Source: an archaeon (GTDB lineage Archaea; Micrarchaeota; Micrarchaeia; CAILAH01). Taken from it: 64,000 bases of DNA. The notes under the pieces were generated by a model. The model saw only the letters and a list, made by a program, of their open reading frames with translations. It did not search any database and had not been told where the DNA came from. The translations under genes were made by a program, and so were the position numbers. Of this stretch, positions 55,167 through 64,000 are shown piece after piece; the stretch's first letter is position 1, and every line of letters begins with the position of its first letter. The stretch is from assembly GCA_024274875.1 (NCBI GenBank), contig JAJSAH010000009.1:8303-72302 (forward strand). Direction: 5' to 3'.

Positions 55167-56642
55167 ATGCATATGCATATTAAGTGCATGAGAGCATACT
55201 TCTTGTTCATTATAACATTGCTCGCGTTCAGCGCGCTTGCGCACTCAACTCCTGCGCAGGTTGCAAAATCCTATACTGAACCTGACGAGCAGTTTCGCCT
55301 CGAGAAAATTACTGCTGATGGAAATAACTACTGGATTGTGGTTATTGATGGGTCGAAAGAGCTGTTGATAGATTCAAGCGATAATTTGGTCGATGATAAA
55401 GGAGAGATTGAGCGCATTTTCACTACTAATTTAATTGAAGAAAGCGAAGTAAGCGTGAAAACAGATGCGATAAGAGATGGAATAGATGCGTTCAATGCAA
55501 GCCAATATCCTAACAGAACTGATTGCGAGCGCATAACTGGTGTTGATAAGAAGGAATGCTATGATAAAGAGAGTTGTATAAAAGCGTGTTATGCTGTGCC
55601 TTTATGCGCGATGCAGATAAGAGATGATTTAATAGACAGCATACTTGAATGGAACACGCTCCGCGCAGAAGTTGACTCTGCTATACAGAATGCGAAAAAC
55701 AAAGCTGATGCGCTTAATGGCGAGGATGCAGATAAGTATAGAGATGTTAAAAATGCAATACAGAATATGATTGATAAGATGGAGGAATTTGAGAATGCCA
55801 ACCTGTACTCAATCGCATACTGCGCGCCGATGGAGATTGATTATGATGCTGCTGAAGATGCAGCCGCGAATGCAGATTCTGTGTGGATGGTTTTAGGGAG
55901 TTATGATGATGTGGTTGCTGAAGCGAACGAATTGCACAAAAACATGAATGAGAGAGTTGAATATTTTAGCAATCGGGCGGAAATGTATCAGAATGTTTAT
56001 TCTCAGGTGCTCAACCTGTACAATGAGGTTAGCAACGAATACGAAAAACAGAGATTCACCGAAGATGAAATCGATGAAATGCTGAGTGATGCAAGCAACT
56101 ATACAAGCATAATGAAGCAGTTAAAAAGCTCTGGGCGTTATAGAGAGGCAATTGATGCAGGCAATGAATATGTGCAGGAGCTTAATGCAATGAAGAATCG
56201 CATAAAGGTTTACAGCGTGCAGTATGAAGTTCTGAAAAACAAAGCAGATGATGCATTGGAAAGGATTGAGAAAGCAAAACTTAAAGTGAAAAGCAGATCA
56301 AGCAAGCATAAATTAGATGGCCTCAAAGCAGAGATAAACCGCATGATTAATTTTAAAATAGATGCAAAAAACATAAGCTCATATTCTGAAAGGATTGATG
56401 AAATTAATGATGAGGTGAAAACCATCGTTGCAAATGCGGTGCTTGAAGAAGAGGAGGAAAGCCAGGATGCAATGGAAGATGCTGAACAAACAGTGAAAGA
56501 AGAGGTAGAGGTGGACAGCGGTGAAGAAAAAGAAGAGTTAAAAATAAGCGATGTTGTGCTTAAAAGCCTGTGCAACGCGCTGCACAGCATTGGCGAGGTG
56601 TTAGGTGTTGATGTGGCTGGCATGCTGGGGGTGTGCGGATGA
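55167..56642 (+). CDS. Secreted or membrane-associated coiled-coil protein with a Cys-rich segment
   Basis: The signal-like N-terminus is MRAYFLFIITLLAFSALAHS. CERITGVDKKECYDKESCIKACYAVPLC follows. The rest is long and acidic/helical. I recognise no family. Confidence 0.5.
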   Translation: MHMHIKCMRAYFLFIITLLAFSALAHSTPAQVAKSYTEPDEQFRLEKITADGNNYWIVVIDGSKELLIDSSDNLVDDKGEIERIFTTNLIEESEVSVKTDAIRDGIDAFNASQYPNRTDCERITGVDKKECYDKESCIKACYAVPLCAMQIRDDLIDSILEWNTLRAEVDSAIQNAKNKADALNGEDADKYRDVKNAIQNMIDKMEEFENANLYSIAYCAPMEIDYDAAEDAAANADSVWMVLGSYDDVVAEANELHKNMNERVEYFSNRAEMYQNVYSQVLNLYNEVSNEYEKQRFTEDEIDEMLSDASNYTSIMKQLKSSGRYREAIDAGNEYVQELNAMKNRIKVYSVQYEVLKNKADDALERIEKAKLKVKSRSSKHKLDGLKAEINRMINFKIDAKNISSYSERIDEINDEVKTIVANAVLEEEEESQDAMEDAEQTVKEEVEVDSGEEKEELKISDVVLKSLCNALHSIGEVLGVDVAGMLGVCG

Positions 56643-57601
56643 GCGAATATACAAATATATATTATTCTGAAAAAATGCTGGAGTTCAAGGGGAAGTTCCC
56701 GGATACTCCTGAAAGGTTGACTGCAATAGTTGAATACATAAAAAACAGTGATTTAAAGCATAAGTTTGTGAAGCCAAAGCCCGCAAAACGCAAAGATTTA
56801 GAGAGAGTTCATAATGAAAGATATCTTGATGAAATAAAAAATTATAAGCGAATCAATATGTACTTTCCAGACGAGCCGATAGACAAGCACACATATAGTG
56901 TTGCATCTCTTGCCGCAGGAGCTGCAATTGACGCTGCACACTGCGCGCTTAAACACAAAAGATTTTCGTTTGCATTGACAAGACCAAAAGGAAACCATGC
57001 CGGCAGGGATTTTTTTGGGGGGTATGCATACATAAACAACATGGCAGTGGCGGTTGCGAACTTGCTTGATGAAAAAAAGGCAAAAAGGGCGCTCATAATA
57101 GATTTTGATGCTCATTTCTGCAACGGAACAAACAACATCTTCGTGAACGATGAGAGAGTATATGTGTTGTCAATGCACCAACACGCAGATTCAGTATATC
57201 CGTACATAGGAAGAGAAAAAGAAAGCACGAAACGGATGAGATATTATGAAACTCGGTTATGGATAACTGATAAAGAATATTATGAGAAGTTCAGAGATGT
57301 CGCATCAAAATTCATCAATGAGGTTGAGCCAGATGTTATTGGCGTGTCGGCAGGATTCAACTCATACTATAAAGATATATTTTTTGGAACTGTGAGCAGA
57401 ATCAGGCATCCACGCACATACTTAAAAATCGGGAGAGCAGTTCACCTGAAAGCAAAAGAGCTGGGAATTCCTGTGTTTGGAGTTCTTGAAGGCGGATATT
57501 GGATAGATGATTTGGGGGAGTTGGTTTATAACTTCCTCACCGGAATGTCTGAGAACAAAAAAGAGCCGCTTCCAGATGTAGTGAGTGAGGAGCATGTATA
57601 A
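56639..57601 (+). CDS. Histone deacetylase / acetylpolyamine amidohydrolase-family protein with substituted active-site positions
   Basis: RPKGNHA replaces RPPGHHA. IIDFDAHFCNGT replaces DxDxHHGxGT. SAGFNSY replaces GFDA. LEGGY is retained. The ATG at 56639 overlaps the upstream stop (ATGA). Confidence 0.7.
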   Translation: MSEYTNIYYSEKMLEFKGKFPDTPERLTAIVEYIKNSDLKHKFVKPKPAKRKDLERVHNERYLDEIKNYKRINMYFPDEPIDKHTYSVASLAAGAAIDAAHCALKHKRFSFALTRPKGNHAGRDFFGGYAYINNMAVAVANLLDEKKAKRALIIDFDAHFCNGTNNIFVNDERVYVLSMHQHADSVYPYIGREKESTKRMRYYETRLWITDKEYYEKFRDVASKFINEVEPDVIGVSAGFNSYYKDIFFGTVSRIRHPRTYLKIGRAVHLKAKELGIPVFGVLEGGYWIDDLGELVYNFLTGMSENKKEPLPDVVSEEHV

Positions 57602-58901
57602 TAAAAAAATTATCGAATACCTCAATAAAAATGGAATTAAAATCGGAGATGAAGTATCCATAACGCATAATGGGAAAAAGTATGAGGGAATTCTCATACA
57701 GAATCCCTGCAGAGATGCGGAAATTATCGAAGTTAAATTGAAAAATGGGTATAATATAGGAGTTGTGTTCAATAATGATATTGAGTTAATAAAACGGTTT
57801 AATAAAGAAAAGAAAGATGTAAGATGCGTTGAGAAACCATATGACACATCCGTGCTTATATGCGGCGGAACCATTTCATCAAAAGTTGAGTACAGAACCG
57901 GGGCAGTGTTCCCATCTATGACTACGCAGGATTTTGAGGAGATGTTTCCGGAAATAAGTGTAAAATTCAAGGTGAGGTTCAAAAAAGTATTGTCTGTCTT
58001 ATCTGAAGATATAAATGCAGAACATTGGAAAATCATCGGGAAAGCTGTGCATGAGCAGTTGAAAGAAAATAAGGGAGTGGTAGTTGCCCATGGAACCGAT
58101 ATGATGGGATATACTGCCGCAGCCGTATCGTTCATGATTAGGAACCCTGCAAAACCTGTGGTGTTCACCGGCGCGCAAAGAAGCAGTGATAGAGGATCAT
58201 CAGATAACAAAGAAAACCTGCTCAATTCATTGTATTATGCAAAACACGGGAAGAAGGGTGTGTTCGTGTGCATGCACGAGGCGAGCAGTGATGGGTATGC
58301 GCTCGTCCATAAAGGAACCAGAGCCAGAAAAATGCATACTTCGCGGAGAGATGCATTCAAGAGCATAAACGCAATGCCTGTGGCAAGGGTTGATTACTCA
58401 AAAAAAGAGTTGGTTTACATCGATGATGAGTTTAAAGAAAGGCAAGGGACGATGGAGTTTATCCCTAAATTCAATGAAAATGTTGCGCTGATATGGGTCC
58501 ACCCTAACATAAAACCTGAATTTATATCGGCGTTGAGCGATTATGATGGAATTGTGCTTGCAGGTAGCGGGCTTGGGCATGTGCCAACCAATCCTTTTGG
58601 AGATAAACACGCAAAACCTATCATAAAACAGTTGGAACAGCTTGTTGAATCAGGCGTGAGCGTGGTTATGGCGCCTCAAACTATATACGGCAGGATTAAC
58701 CTGAATGTGTATACTGCTGGAAGAATGTTGGAAGAGATTGGAGTGTTAGGGCACCTGTGCGATTGGACGCCCGAAACAGCATATGTAAAGTTATGTTGGG
58801 TGTTAGGGCAAACGAAAGATAAAAGAAAGATCTCGGAAATGATGCGTACGAATTATGCAGGAGAAATAAGCGAGAGGAGCTTAATGGAGAACTACTATTA
58901 A
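57594..58901 (+). CDS. gatD: Glu-tRNA(Gln) amidotransferase subunit D
   Basis: An N-terminal GatD-specific domain is followed by an asparaginase fold with CGGTISS and VVAHGTDMMGYTAAA. The ATG at 57594 follows GTGAGGAG. Confidence 0.85.
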   Translation: MYNKKIIEYLNKNGIKIGDEVSITHNGKKYEGILIQNPCRDAEIIEVKLKNGYNIGVVFNNDIELIKRFNKEKKDVRCVEKPYDTSVLICGGTISSKVEYRTGAVFPSMTTQDFEEMFPEISVKFKVRFKKVLSVLSEDINAEHWKIIGKAVHEQLKENKGVVVAHGTDMMGYTAAAVSFMIRNPAKPVVFTGAQRSSDRGSSDNKENLLNSLYYAKHGKKGVFVCMHEASSDGYALVHKGTRARKMHTSRRDAFKSINAMPVARVDYSKKELVYIDDEFKERQGTMEFIPKFNENVALIWVHPNIKPEFISALSDYDGIVLAGSGLGHVPTNPFGDKHAKPIIKQLEQLVESGVSVVMAPQTIYGRINLNVYTAGRMLEEIGVLGHLCDWTPETAYVKLCWVLGQTKDKRKISEMMRTNYAGEISERSLMENYY

Positions 58902-59224
58902 GCTTCGGCATCGCTCAGAGCAACTATTGCAGATGCAACATCTCCGTTTTCTTTAAGCGCCTGCAATGCTTTTTCGCGAGTTGCGCCAGTCTTTTCCATT
59001 ATCAGCGCAATATCTTCTTCATTAACAGAGGCTTCCTCGCTAACATCACCGCTTATATTATAGTTAAGCTCTCCCTTGACATTCATCTCCATTACTTTTG
59101 GGTTGGTTATGATTATGTTTGAGCCTTCGCACTCAATCACAACGCGCTTTGCATCAACCATCTTGCTTTTTATACCCATCTGCCTGAGCAATTGCTGCAT
59201 TTGCCTCGGATCTGTTGGAAACAT
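58898..59224 (-). CDS. nac: Nascent polypeptide-associated complex protein (NAC domain plus UBA)
   Basis: The NAC domain starts PRQMQQLLRQMGIK...V.RVVI......III. The UBA domain is EEDIALIMEKTGATREKALQALKENGDVASAI. Confidence 0.9.
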   Translation of the reverse strand: MFPTDPRQMQQLLRQMGIKSKMVDAKRVVIECEGSNIIITNPKVMEMNVKGELNYNISGDVSEEASVNEEDIALIMEKTGATREKALQALKENGDVASAIVALSDAEA

Positions 59225-59264
59225 ACAAGTTAATAAGAAAAGTAATAATATAAATCTAAAAATA

Positions 59265-62200
59265 TTAATTGAGCAACCACGCCTTTATTCGCAAATATAT
59301 TATTGCAATCTTGTCGTTGAATGATTCAACATTTCCTTGGTTGAAAACATTCACTGAACTGCCAGATGCTGTGTAGTCAAGAGACTGCGAAGTCACATTA
59401 AGGCTGGTGTTTGCAACCTTTGCATCATTAACATAAACCTCTAAGCTTACATTGTATGGGCCCAACTCAGATGGAACGCCATTCCCGCCAGTGGGTATGA
59501 ATGTTATATAAGCTGAGCCCGCACTTGAAGTGTTTGCTTCGCCAACAGCATAATTGGATACATTGCTGTCTATGTTCTGCGGAAGCGCAAACGGAGGTAT
59601 GCCGTTCTTCTCAATTAAATAAACTTTTGCATTGGATATTGGCGCGCCAGTATTGTGGTCTCTTACCGTGATATTGACGCCATACGGCTTTCCAGAAATC
59701 AATGGATAATCCGCGCCAACCACTGTTCCGTTATCGTATGCAGTAATCTCAAACTTCTCGCCACCTCCCAACAGCAACCATTCCTTAACTCTTAGGTATA
59801 CTTTGGCAACTAAATCGTTGAAGTATTCTATATTGCCTCTGCTTGAAACCTGGGGAGTTGTGCCGTCATCATATGGGAGATCTCTTAATGTAACGGACAT
59901 TGATTTGTTGGCTTTTAACCGCGCGCCGTCATACGCGCGAACGGTTATGTTATAGATCCCTACCTTGCTTTCATCAATCTCAGACGCACCTGTTGGAACA
60001 ATGGTTAATGATACATTGCCAAACGCATCAGCAGTGGCATTTGCATAAACATAATTGCTTACATTTGTGTCTATGTACTGTGGCAGGCTGAACGGCAAGT
60101 ATCCGTTCTCCTCATATATGCGCACATTCGCATCGCCAACTGGGCTTCCGTTAATATACATTACATTAACGGTAACATTGTATGGTTCTCCTGAATTCTG
60201 CAATGTTGTTGTTTCAACACCATTCACGAAAATTGTGAGATCCCAGTCAGGATATAAGTATATGTAAATGTTTACAGGACCGCTGTCACCGCCCGGATTT
60301 ACAGTTGGAATAACCAGCGACTCGTTGTAGCCGGAGTACCTGACAGTTGAGTTGCGCGCTTCAAAATCGTATGGATTGAAGTAAACTACTGATGTATCAT
60401 TGAGCGTTATATTCTCATACACTGCAAAACCTTCGATTTCATCGTAAGGATTATCATAATTACCGCTTGCGTTTGTGTTGATCGTTGATAATGGAGTGAG
60501 CATGAATAAATCGTATGCGCCCGTACCTCCTGTACTGTTTGCAACTTCAACCGTGCTTGGTATGGCTTTCGTTATATCTGTTGAGTTTAATGTGTGCACC
60601 TGCGTAATCCACATGTATGCAACCTTGCCAAAACTATTGTTTTCAACTTCAGAAATGTTCAACACTGCATTGGGAGAGCTTTCAAGCACTATGCCATATT
60701 TGCTGTTGTTGGCTGCAATATTATTATCCAAAAATGTAAAGTTGGAATATACGGATATCACACCCGCAATTGCCGCATTGGTGAAGTTGTTTTCATTAAA
60801 CAAGATGTTTCCAGAGCGAAGCATAATGATGCCATATGTATCGGAACCCGTAAAGTTATTGAACTCATAAACTGCGTTCGTGCAGTTAACAGACATCACT
60901 TTCTTATCTAAAAGAATGTTCTGAGAAATGTTTATGAGCCTGCTCGAATTCAAAATATCTATAACGCTTTCCCCAACGGAATAAATTGTATTGTTGGTTA
61001 TGTTCGCGCCGCTCTCAGTATTCAGCTTCACGCCGTTGGCCGAAACATTGTATATCTCGGAATTCAGCAATTCAAATGAGCTGTTGCGCGCAAATATGCC
61101 TGAACTGTCTATTGAGAATAACTTCAATAAATCGAGAGTGATTGCTGTTGAATTAATCATCTCTATTCCAACGCGCGAAGTATTGTGCACGGATGAGTTA
61201 TACACCACTGAAGCATTCGCTTCAGATAAGAGAATGCCGTTGGCTGAAAAATTGTATATATCGCAACCCTTTATAGTTATATTATACCTCGCGCTCATAG
61301 TCAAACCATACTGCTCTGTTTTTGTTTTGTTGCCCGTAACATTGTAACCTCTGCAATCAAGCGTCACATTATCTGCACCGAACCCGATGCAGTTATAATT
61401 ATTAGTGTAATTGTATATGTCGTTGTTTAAGCATACATATCTATTGGGCGTATCTACAGCAACATCGCATTCGCCGCACGATGAGCAATACACTTGGCAT
61501 ACGCCACTCAGCACCGCATAGCCGCTGAATGATGAAACACCGAATTTTAGCGAGGTTGCAGAAGAGCACTCCTTCGCCAAAGTGCTATACACTGATCCGC
61601 CCGAAAGTATCTCATCCCTCGTCTGCGGGAAGCCAGACAATCTATAAACTGTATATGTGCTTGGGTCGGTGCACGAATCCACTGAAACAGTTATGTTCGC
61701 TGATTTGTTGAACTGAGTTGCGTTTGCATCGCTGTCGTTCAAAGAAACAAAGGTTGAATTCAATATTATGTTTGATTGAGACTGCAACTTTGCATATGTT
61801 GTGTTGGCAAAATCAAATGTTATGCAACCAACATCAGAAGAATTATAGCACAGCGTGAAATTCGTGAAATTATTGTAAGAGCCTGCCGGCCAGGTATCGT
61901 CATAATAGTAGACATAATATGTTGCGTTTCGCACAAACGAACCTGAAAATGTGTTGTTCGTTGAACGGCCATTCCCATCATCAGAAGTGTAGTTGAAGTA
62001 TATGCCATAATCGACATCATTGATGCGCAAATCAGAGAATGTGTTGTTGGAGCTGTTTACCTCTAAATACAATCCAACTGTTGCATTGTATATTGTTAAA
62101 TTGGTGAATGCAGATGAGTTTGCATCAGACAAGTATGCGCCATAGGTTGAGCCGAATATCGTCGCATTAGCAATATGGCTTCTGTATGGAACCTGCATAA

Positions 62201-64000
62201 TCGTGCTCTCAACATACAGGCCATAATTGTCATTATTTGAGAGAGTGATATTATCAGTTGTGATTGCAGACGATAATACATACATGCCGCTGTCAACATT
62301 GTTATGAGCATATGCATCGCTTATGTTCGTGTCAAATGAAAATTCCGTGCGGATGCCCATGTATGTGTTGGATGAATTCACAATGCTTATGTTCGCATGA
62401 TCCGTCCCTAAAACAAAGAATCCGTTGTTTCTGTATGTGTCAGAACCTCTTATCGTGATGTTTGTCAGCTGCGAGTTGTCAGCGTTGCACAGAACCAATT
62501 CAGCATATGTTTGATCTGAGATGGTAACTGTGCTGTTGAATACCTGTACTGGTCTGTTCCCTGAACCTACTAAATTTACTATGGAATTGCTGCAGGTAGG
62601 CGCATTGTCTAATGCAATTACACTAAACTCAACATAATAAAAGTCAACATATTTGTTCTCCCTTGCGTAATTGTCTATAATCTCATTGTCACTGCTGTCC
62701 TCAATGAAGAACCCGTAATCATTGTAATCCATCGTATTGTTGTAAACTGTGTTGTTATGCGATCCAGCATCCAAATCCAAACCTATTGTGTTGTTGTTCA
62801 AAGTGTTGTTTTGTATTAAGTTATACTGGGATGAAGTGTACAAATAAATGCCGCGGTGAGTAAGGTTAACTGCATTAAAAGTAAGATTGTTGTAAGATGA
62901 GGAATACAAATATATGCCGCCAACATCAAGGAATGATGACTGCTGATTCGTGATATTGTTGTATGAAATATCGTTGTAATTTGAGTTTTCAACATCAATT
63001 CCTAACCTAACCGTATCAATTGTATTGTTATGCACTTTGCAGTTAGCAGCACCGTTATAAAGCGTGATTGCGCCAGTGCGCACAGAGCTGTCGGTGAGAT
63101 TATGCATATAATTGTTCGAGATTGTGATGTTATTTCCGCTTTCTGTTACATACACAAATGCTACAGATGCGTTGTAAAATGAATTTCCATCAACAATTGA
63201 ATTGTTTGATTGCGATTCAAAAATAATTGGTATATCAATTCCGGCAAATGTTGAGTTGTATATATCAATTGCGCGGCTGCCTGTCGACAATACGCCTTTC
63301 GTGACAAAAATTCTGGAATCAAGGCGCGGTGAATGCTCAAACGACGACGCAGATATGTTTATTATAGTGATGTTTGATGCGTTGAGCAGCCATACTGCTG
63401 ATATTGTGGAGTCGCTTGATTCATTTGCATCTATGTAAAAGTTTGAGAATGCATTGTTTTCAAGCGTTATATTCCAAAAAGATGAAGGAAATGATAACGG
63501 AGCCTCTATTTGCAATGCTTGCAGTTTCACAAAATCCCCTGAAGGAGATACATTAGTAGCGTTGAAACCAGTAATGGTATTGTTGGATATTAGAACATGC
63601 ATGAACTTTCCTGCGTCTTTAGTAGTGAATGCGGCGATTGATGGCGAGGCGTACACGGTCTTAAAATCTGAAAATGTGTTGTTAATTATGTAAATGTGGG
63701 TGTAATTGTTCTGTGATATAATCGTATCATCCAATCCCAAAGCGATGCCGTAGCCAGGAGCGGACGGGCTTGAATAAAACCTTGAGAATGTTATGTTGCG
63801 CACGGTCAAGTTGTCAGTTGCGTTGTCCTTATACACACCGTATGAATAATTCTGAATGGTTCCGCCTTCAATAGTTATGTTTTGCAGGAATTTCTCAGGA
63901 ACTAAATACATGCAGGTTCCGGAGCCCGAGCCGTTTATCAAACTTCCGTTCAGGTTTATCTGCACATTGCTTGAATTTATGTAGAATGCAAGATCATATG
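59265..64000 (-). CDS. Giant surface protein with right-handed parallel beta-helix repeats (PbH1/NosD-like) and two C-terminal tandem modules of about 150 aa. It is partial, because the reading frame is still open at the window edge.
   Basis: More than 1570 codons are present. Beta-helix rungs recur every 20-25 aa (for example N.T...N.I.....GI.L..S..N.I..N.). N-x-S/T sequons are extremely frequent. The duplicated C-terminal modules read GEPYNVTVN...YFNDLVAKVYLRVKEWLL and GKPYGVNIT...SFNDKIAIIYLRIKAWLL. There is no stop codon between the first in-frame start listed in the ORF track and position 64000. Confidence 0.8.
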   Translation of the reverse strand, partial: YDLAFYINSSNVQINLNGSLINGSGSGTCMYLVPEKFLQNITIEGGTIQNYSYGVYKDNATDNLTVRNITFSRFYSSPSAPGYGIALGLDDTIISQNNYTHIYIINNTFSDFKTVYASPSIAAFTTKDAGKFMHVLISNNTITGFNATNVSPSGDFVKLQALQIEAPLSFPSSFWNITLENNAFSNFYIDANESSDSTISAVWLLNASNITIINISASSFEHSPRLDSRIFVTKGVLSTGSRAIDIYNSTFAGIDIPIIFESQSNNSIVDGNSFYNASVAFVYVTESGNNITISNNYMHNLTDSSVRTGAITLYNGAANCKVHNNTIDTVRLGIDVENSNYNDISYNNITNQQSSFLDVGGIYLYSSSYNNLTFNAVNLTHRGIYLYTSSQYNLIQNNTLNNNTIGLDLDAGSHNNTVYNNTMDYNDYGFFIEDSSDNEIIDNYARENKYVDFYYVEFSVIALDNAPTCSNSIVNLVGSGNRPVQVFNSTVTISDQTYAELVLCNADNSQLTNITIRGSDTYRNNGFFVLGTDHANISIVNSSNTYMGIRTEFSFDTNISDAYAHNNVDSGMYVLSSAITTDNITLSNNDNYGLYVESTIMQVPYRSHIANATIFGSTYGAYLSDANSSAFTNLTIYNATVGLYLEVNSSNNTFSDLRINDVDYGIYFNYTSDDGNGRSTNNTFSGSFVRNATYYVYYYDDTWPAGSYNNFTNFTLCYNSSDVGCITFDFANTTYAKLQSQSNIILNSTFVSLNDSDANATQFNKSANITVSVDSCTDPSTYTVYRLSGFPQTRDEILSGGSVYSTLAKECSSATSLKFGVSSFSGYAVLSGVCQVYCSSCGECDVAVDTPNRYVCLNNDIYNYTNNYNCIGFGADNVTLDCRGYNVTGNKTKTEQYGLTMSARYNITIKGCDIYNFSANGILLSEANASVVYNSSVHNTSRVGIEMINSTAITLDLLKLFSIDSSGIFARNSSFELLNSEIYNVSANGVKLNTESGANITNNTIYSVGESVIDILNSSRLINISQNILLDKKVMSVNCTNAVYEFNNFTGSDTYGIIMLRSGNILFNENNFTNAAIAGVISVYSNFTFLDNNIAANNSKYGIVLESSPNAVLNISEVENNSFGKVAYMWITQVHTLNSTDITKAIPSTVEVANSTGGTGAYDLFMLTPLSTINTNASGNYDNPYDEIEGFAVYENITLNDTSVVYFNPYDFEARNSTVRYSGYNESLVIPTVNPGGDSGPVNIYIYLYPDWDLTIFVNGVETTTLQNSGEPYNVTVNVMYINGSPVGDANVRIYEENGYLPFSLPQYIDTNVSNYVYANATADAFGNVSLTIVPTGASEIDESKVGIYNITVRAYDGARLKANKSMSVTLRDLPYDDGTTPQVSSRGNIEYFNDLVAKVYLRVKEWLLLGGGEKFEITAYDNGTVVGADYPLISGKPYGVNITVRDHNTGAPISNAKVYLIEKNGIPPFALPQNIDSNVSNYAVGEANTSSAGSAYITFIPTGGNGVPSELGPYNVSLEVYVNDAKVANTSLNVTSQSLDYTASGSSVNVFNQGNVESFNDKIAIIYLRIKAWLLN

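Noticed and set aside
63961-64000. An apparent 1-nt discrepancy. By my count the printed last line contains 41 bases, and the first listed start codon of the giant ORF falls 1 nt away from the ORF-track coordinate.
   Set aside because: It is probably a formatting or counting issue, not biology. The ORF-track coordinates are internally consistent (in-frame from the stop at 59265), so I used them. Any coordinates I derived myself beyond about 59.3 kb may be off by 1.

Overview
The window is a compact, AT-rich, gene-dense segment of an archaeal chromosome.

**Evidence for an archaeal origin**
- The information-processing genes are archaeal: MCM helicase, aIF2-gamma, ribosomal proteins S6e and S26e, Alba, a histone-fold protein, NAC, GatD and an ATP-dependent DNA ligase.
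- A 7S SRP RNA is cut by the left edge of the window.
- There are three tRNAs. One is a tRNA-Phe that appears to carry two introns.
- Many proteins have class III (prepilin-type) signal peptides.
- TATA-like boxes sit about 25 nt upstream of several apparently leaderless start codons.
- The small-genome or DPANN-like flavour is my inference only.

**Blocks I can recognise**
1. A lipoate and 2-oxoacid dehydrogenase island at 4.2-13.8 kb: lipA, a DUF-like gene, E1alpha, E1beta, E2, E3 and a split lplA/lplB. Opposite-strand membrane genes are interleaved with it.
2. A directly adjoining SUF Fe-S operon at 13.8-18.4 kb: a small AbrB-like gene, then sufB, sufC, sufD, sufS and sufU.
3. A translation and replication block: S6e, aIF2-gamma, MCM and a presenilin-like protease.
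4. A nucleotide-sugar cluster: a GlmU-like gene and two PGM/PMM paralogs.
5. Two clusters of type IV pilin-like genes, at 0.75-1.85 kb and 46.7-50.1 kb.
6. An ABC-2 transporter.
7. A surface protein of more than 1570 aa with beta-helix repeats, which runs off the right edge of the window.

**Most unusual content**
- A secreted two-gene module at 27.56-32.34 kb. It pairs a protein with a peptidoglycan-binding domain with a 1374-aa orphan giant. The C-terminal half of the giant looks porin-like and ends in Phe.
- A Cdc48-type double-AAA ATPase fused to a polytopic membrane domain.
- A long RelA/SpoT-homolog-like gene. It shares a perfect 22-bp palindromic promoter region with a divergent metallophosphoesterase.
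- Several conserved enzymes with substituted catalytic motifs: a GS-like protein, an HDAC-like protein and a SixA-like protein.

**Not found:** I saw no CRISPR array, transposase, integrase or rRNA gene.

**Limits:** All functional calls rest on motif recognition by eye. No database search was run.
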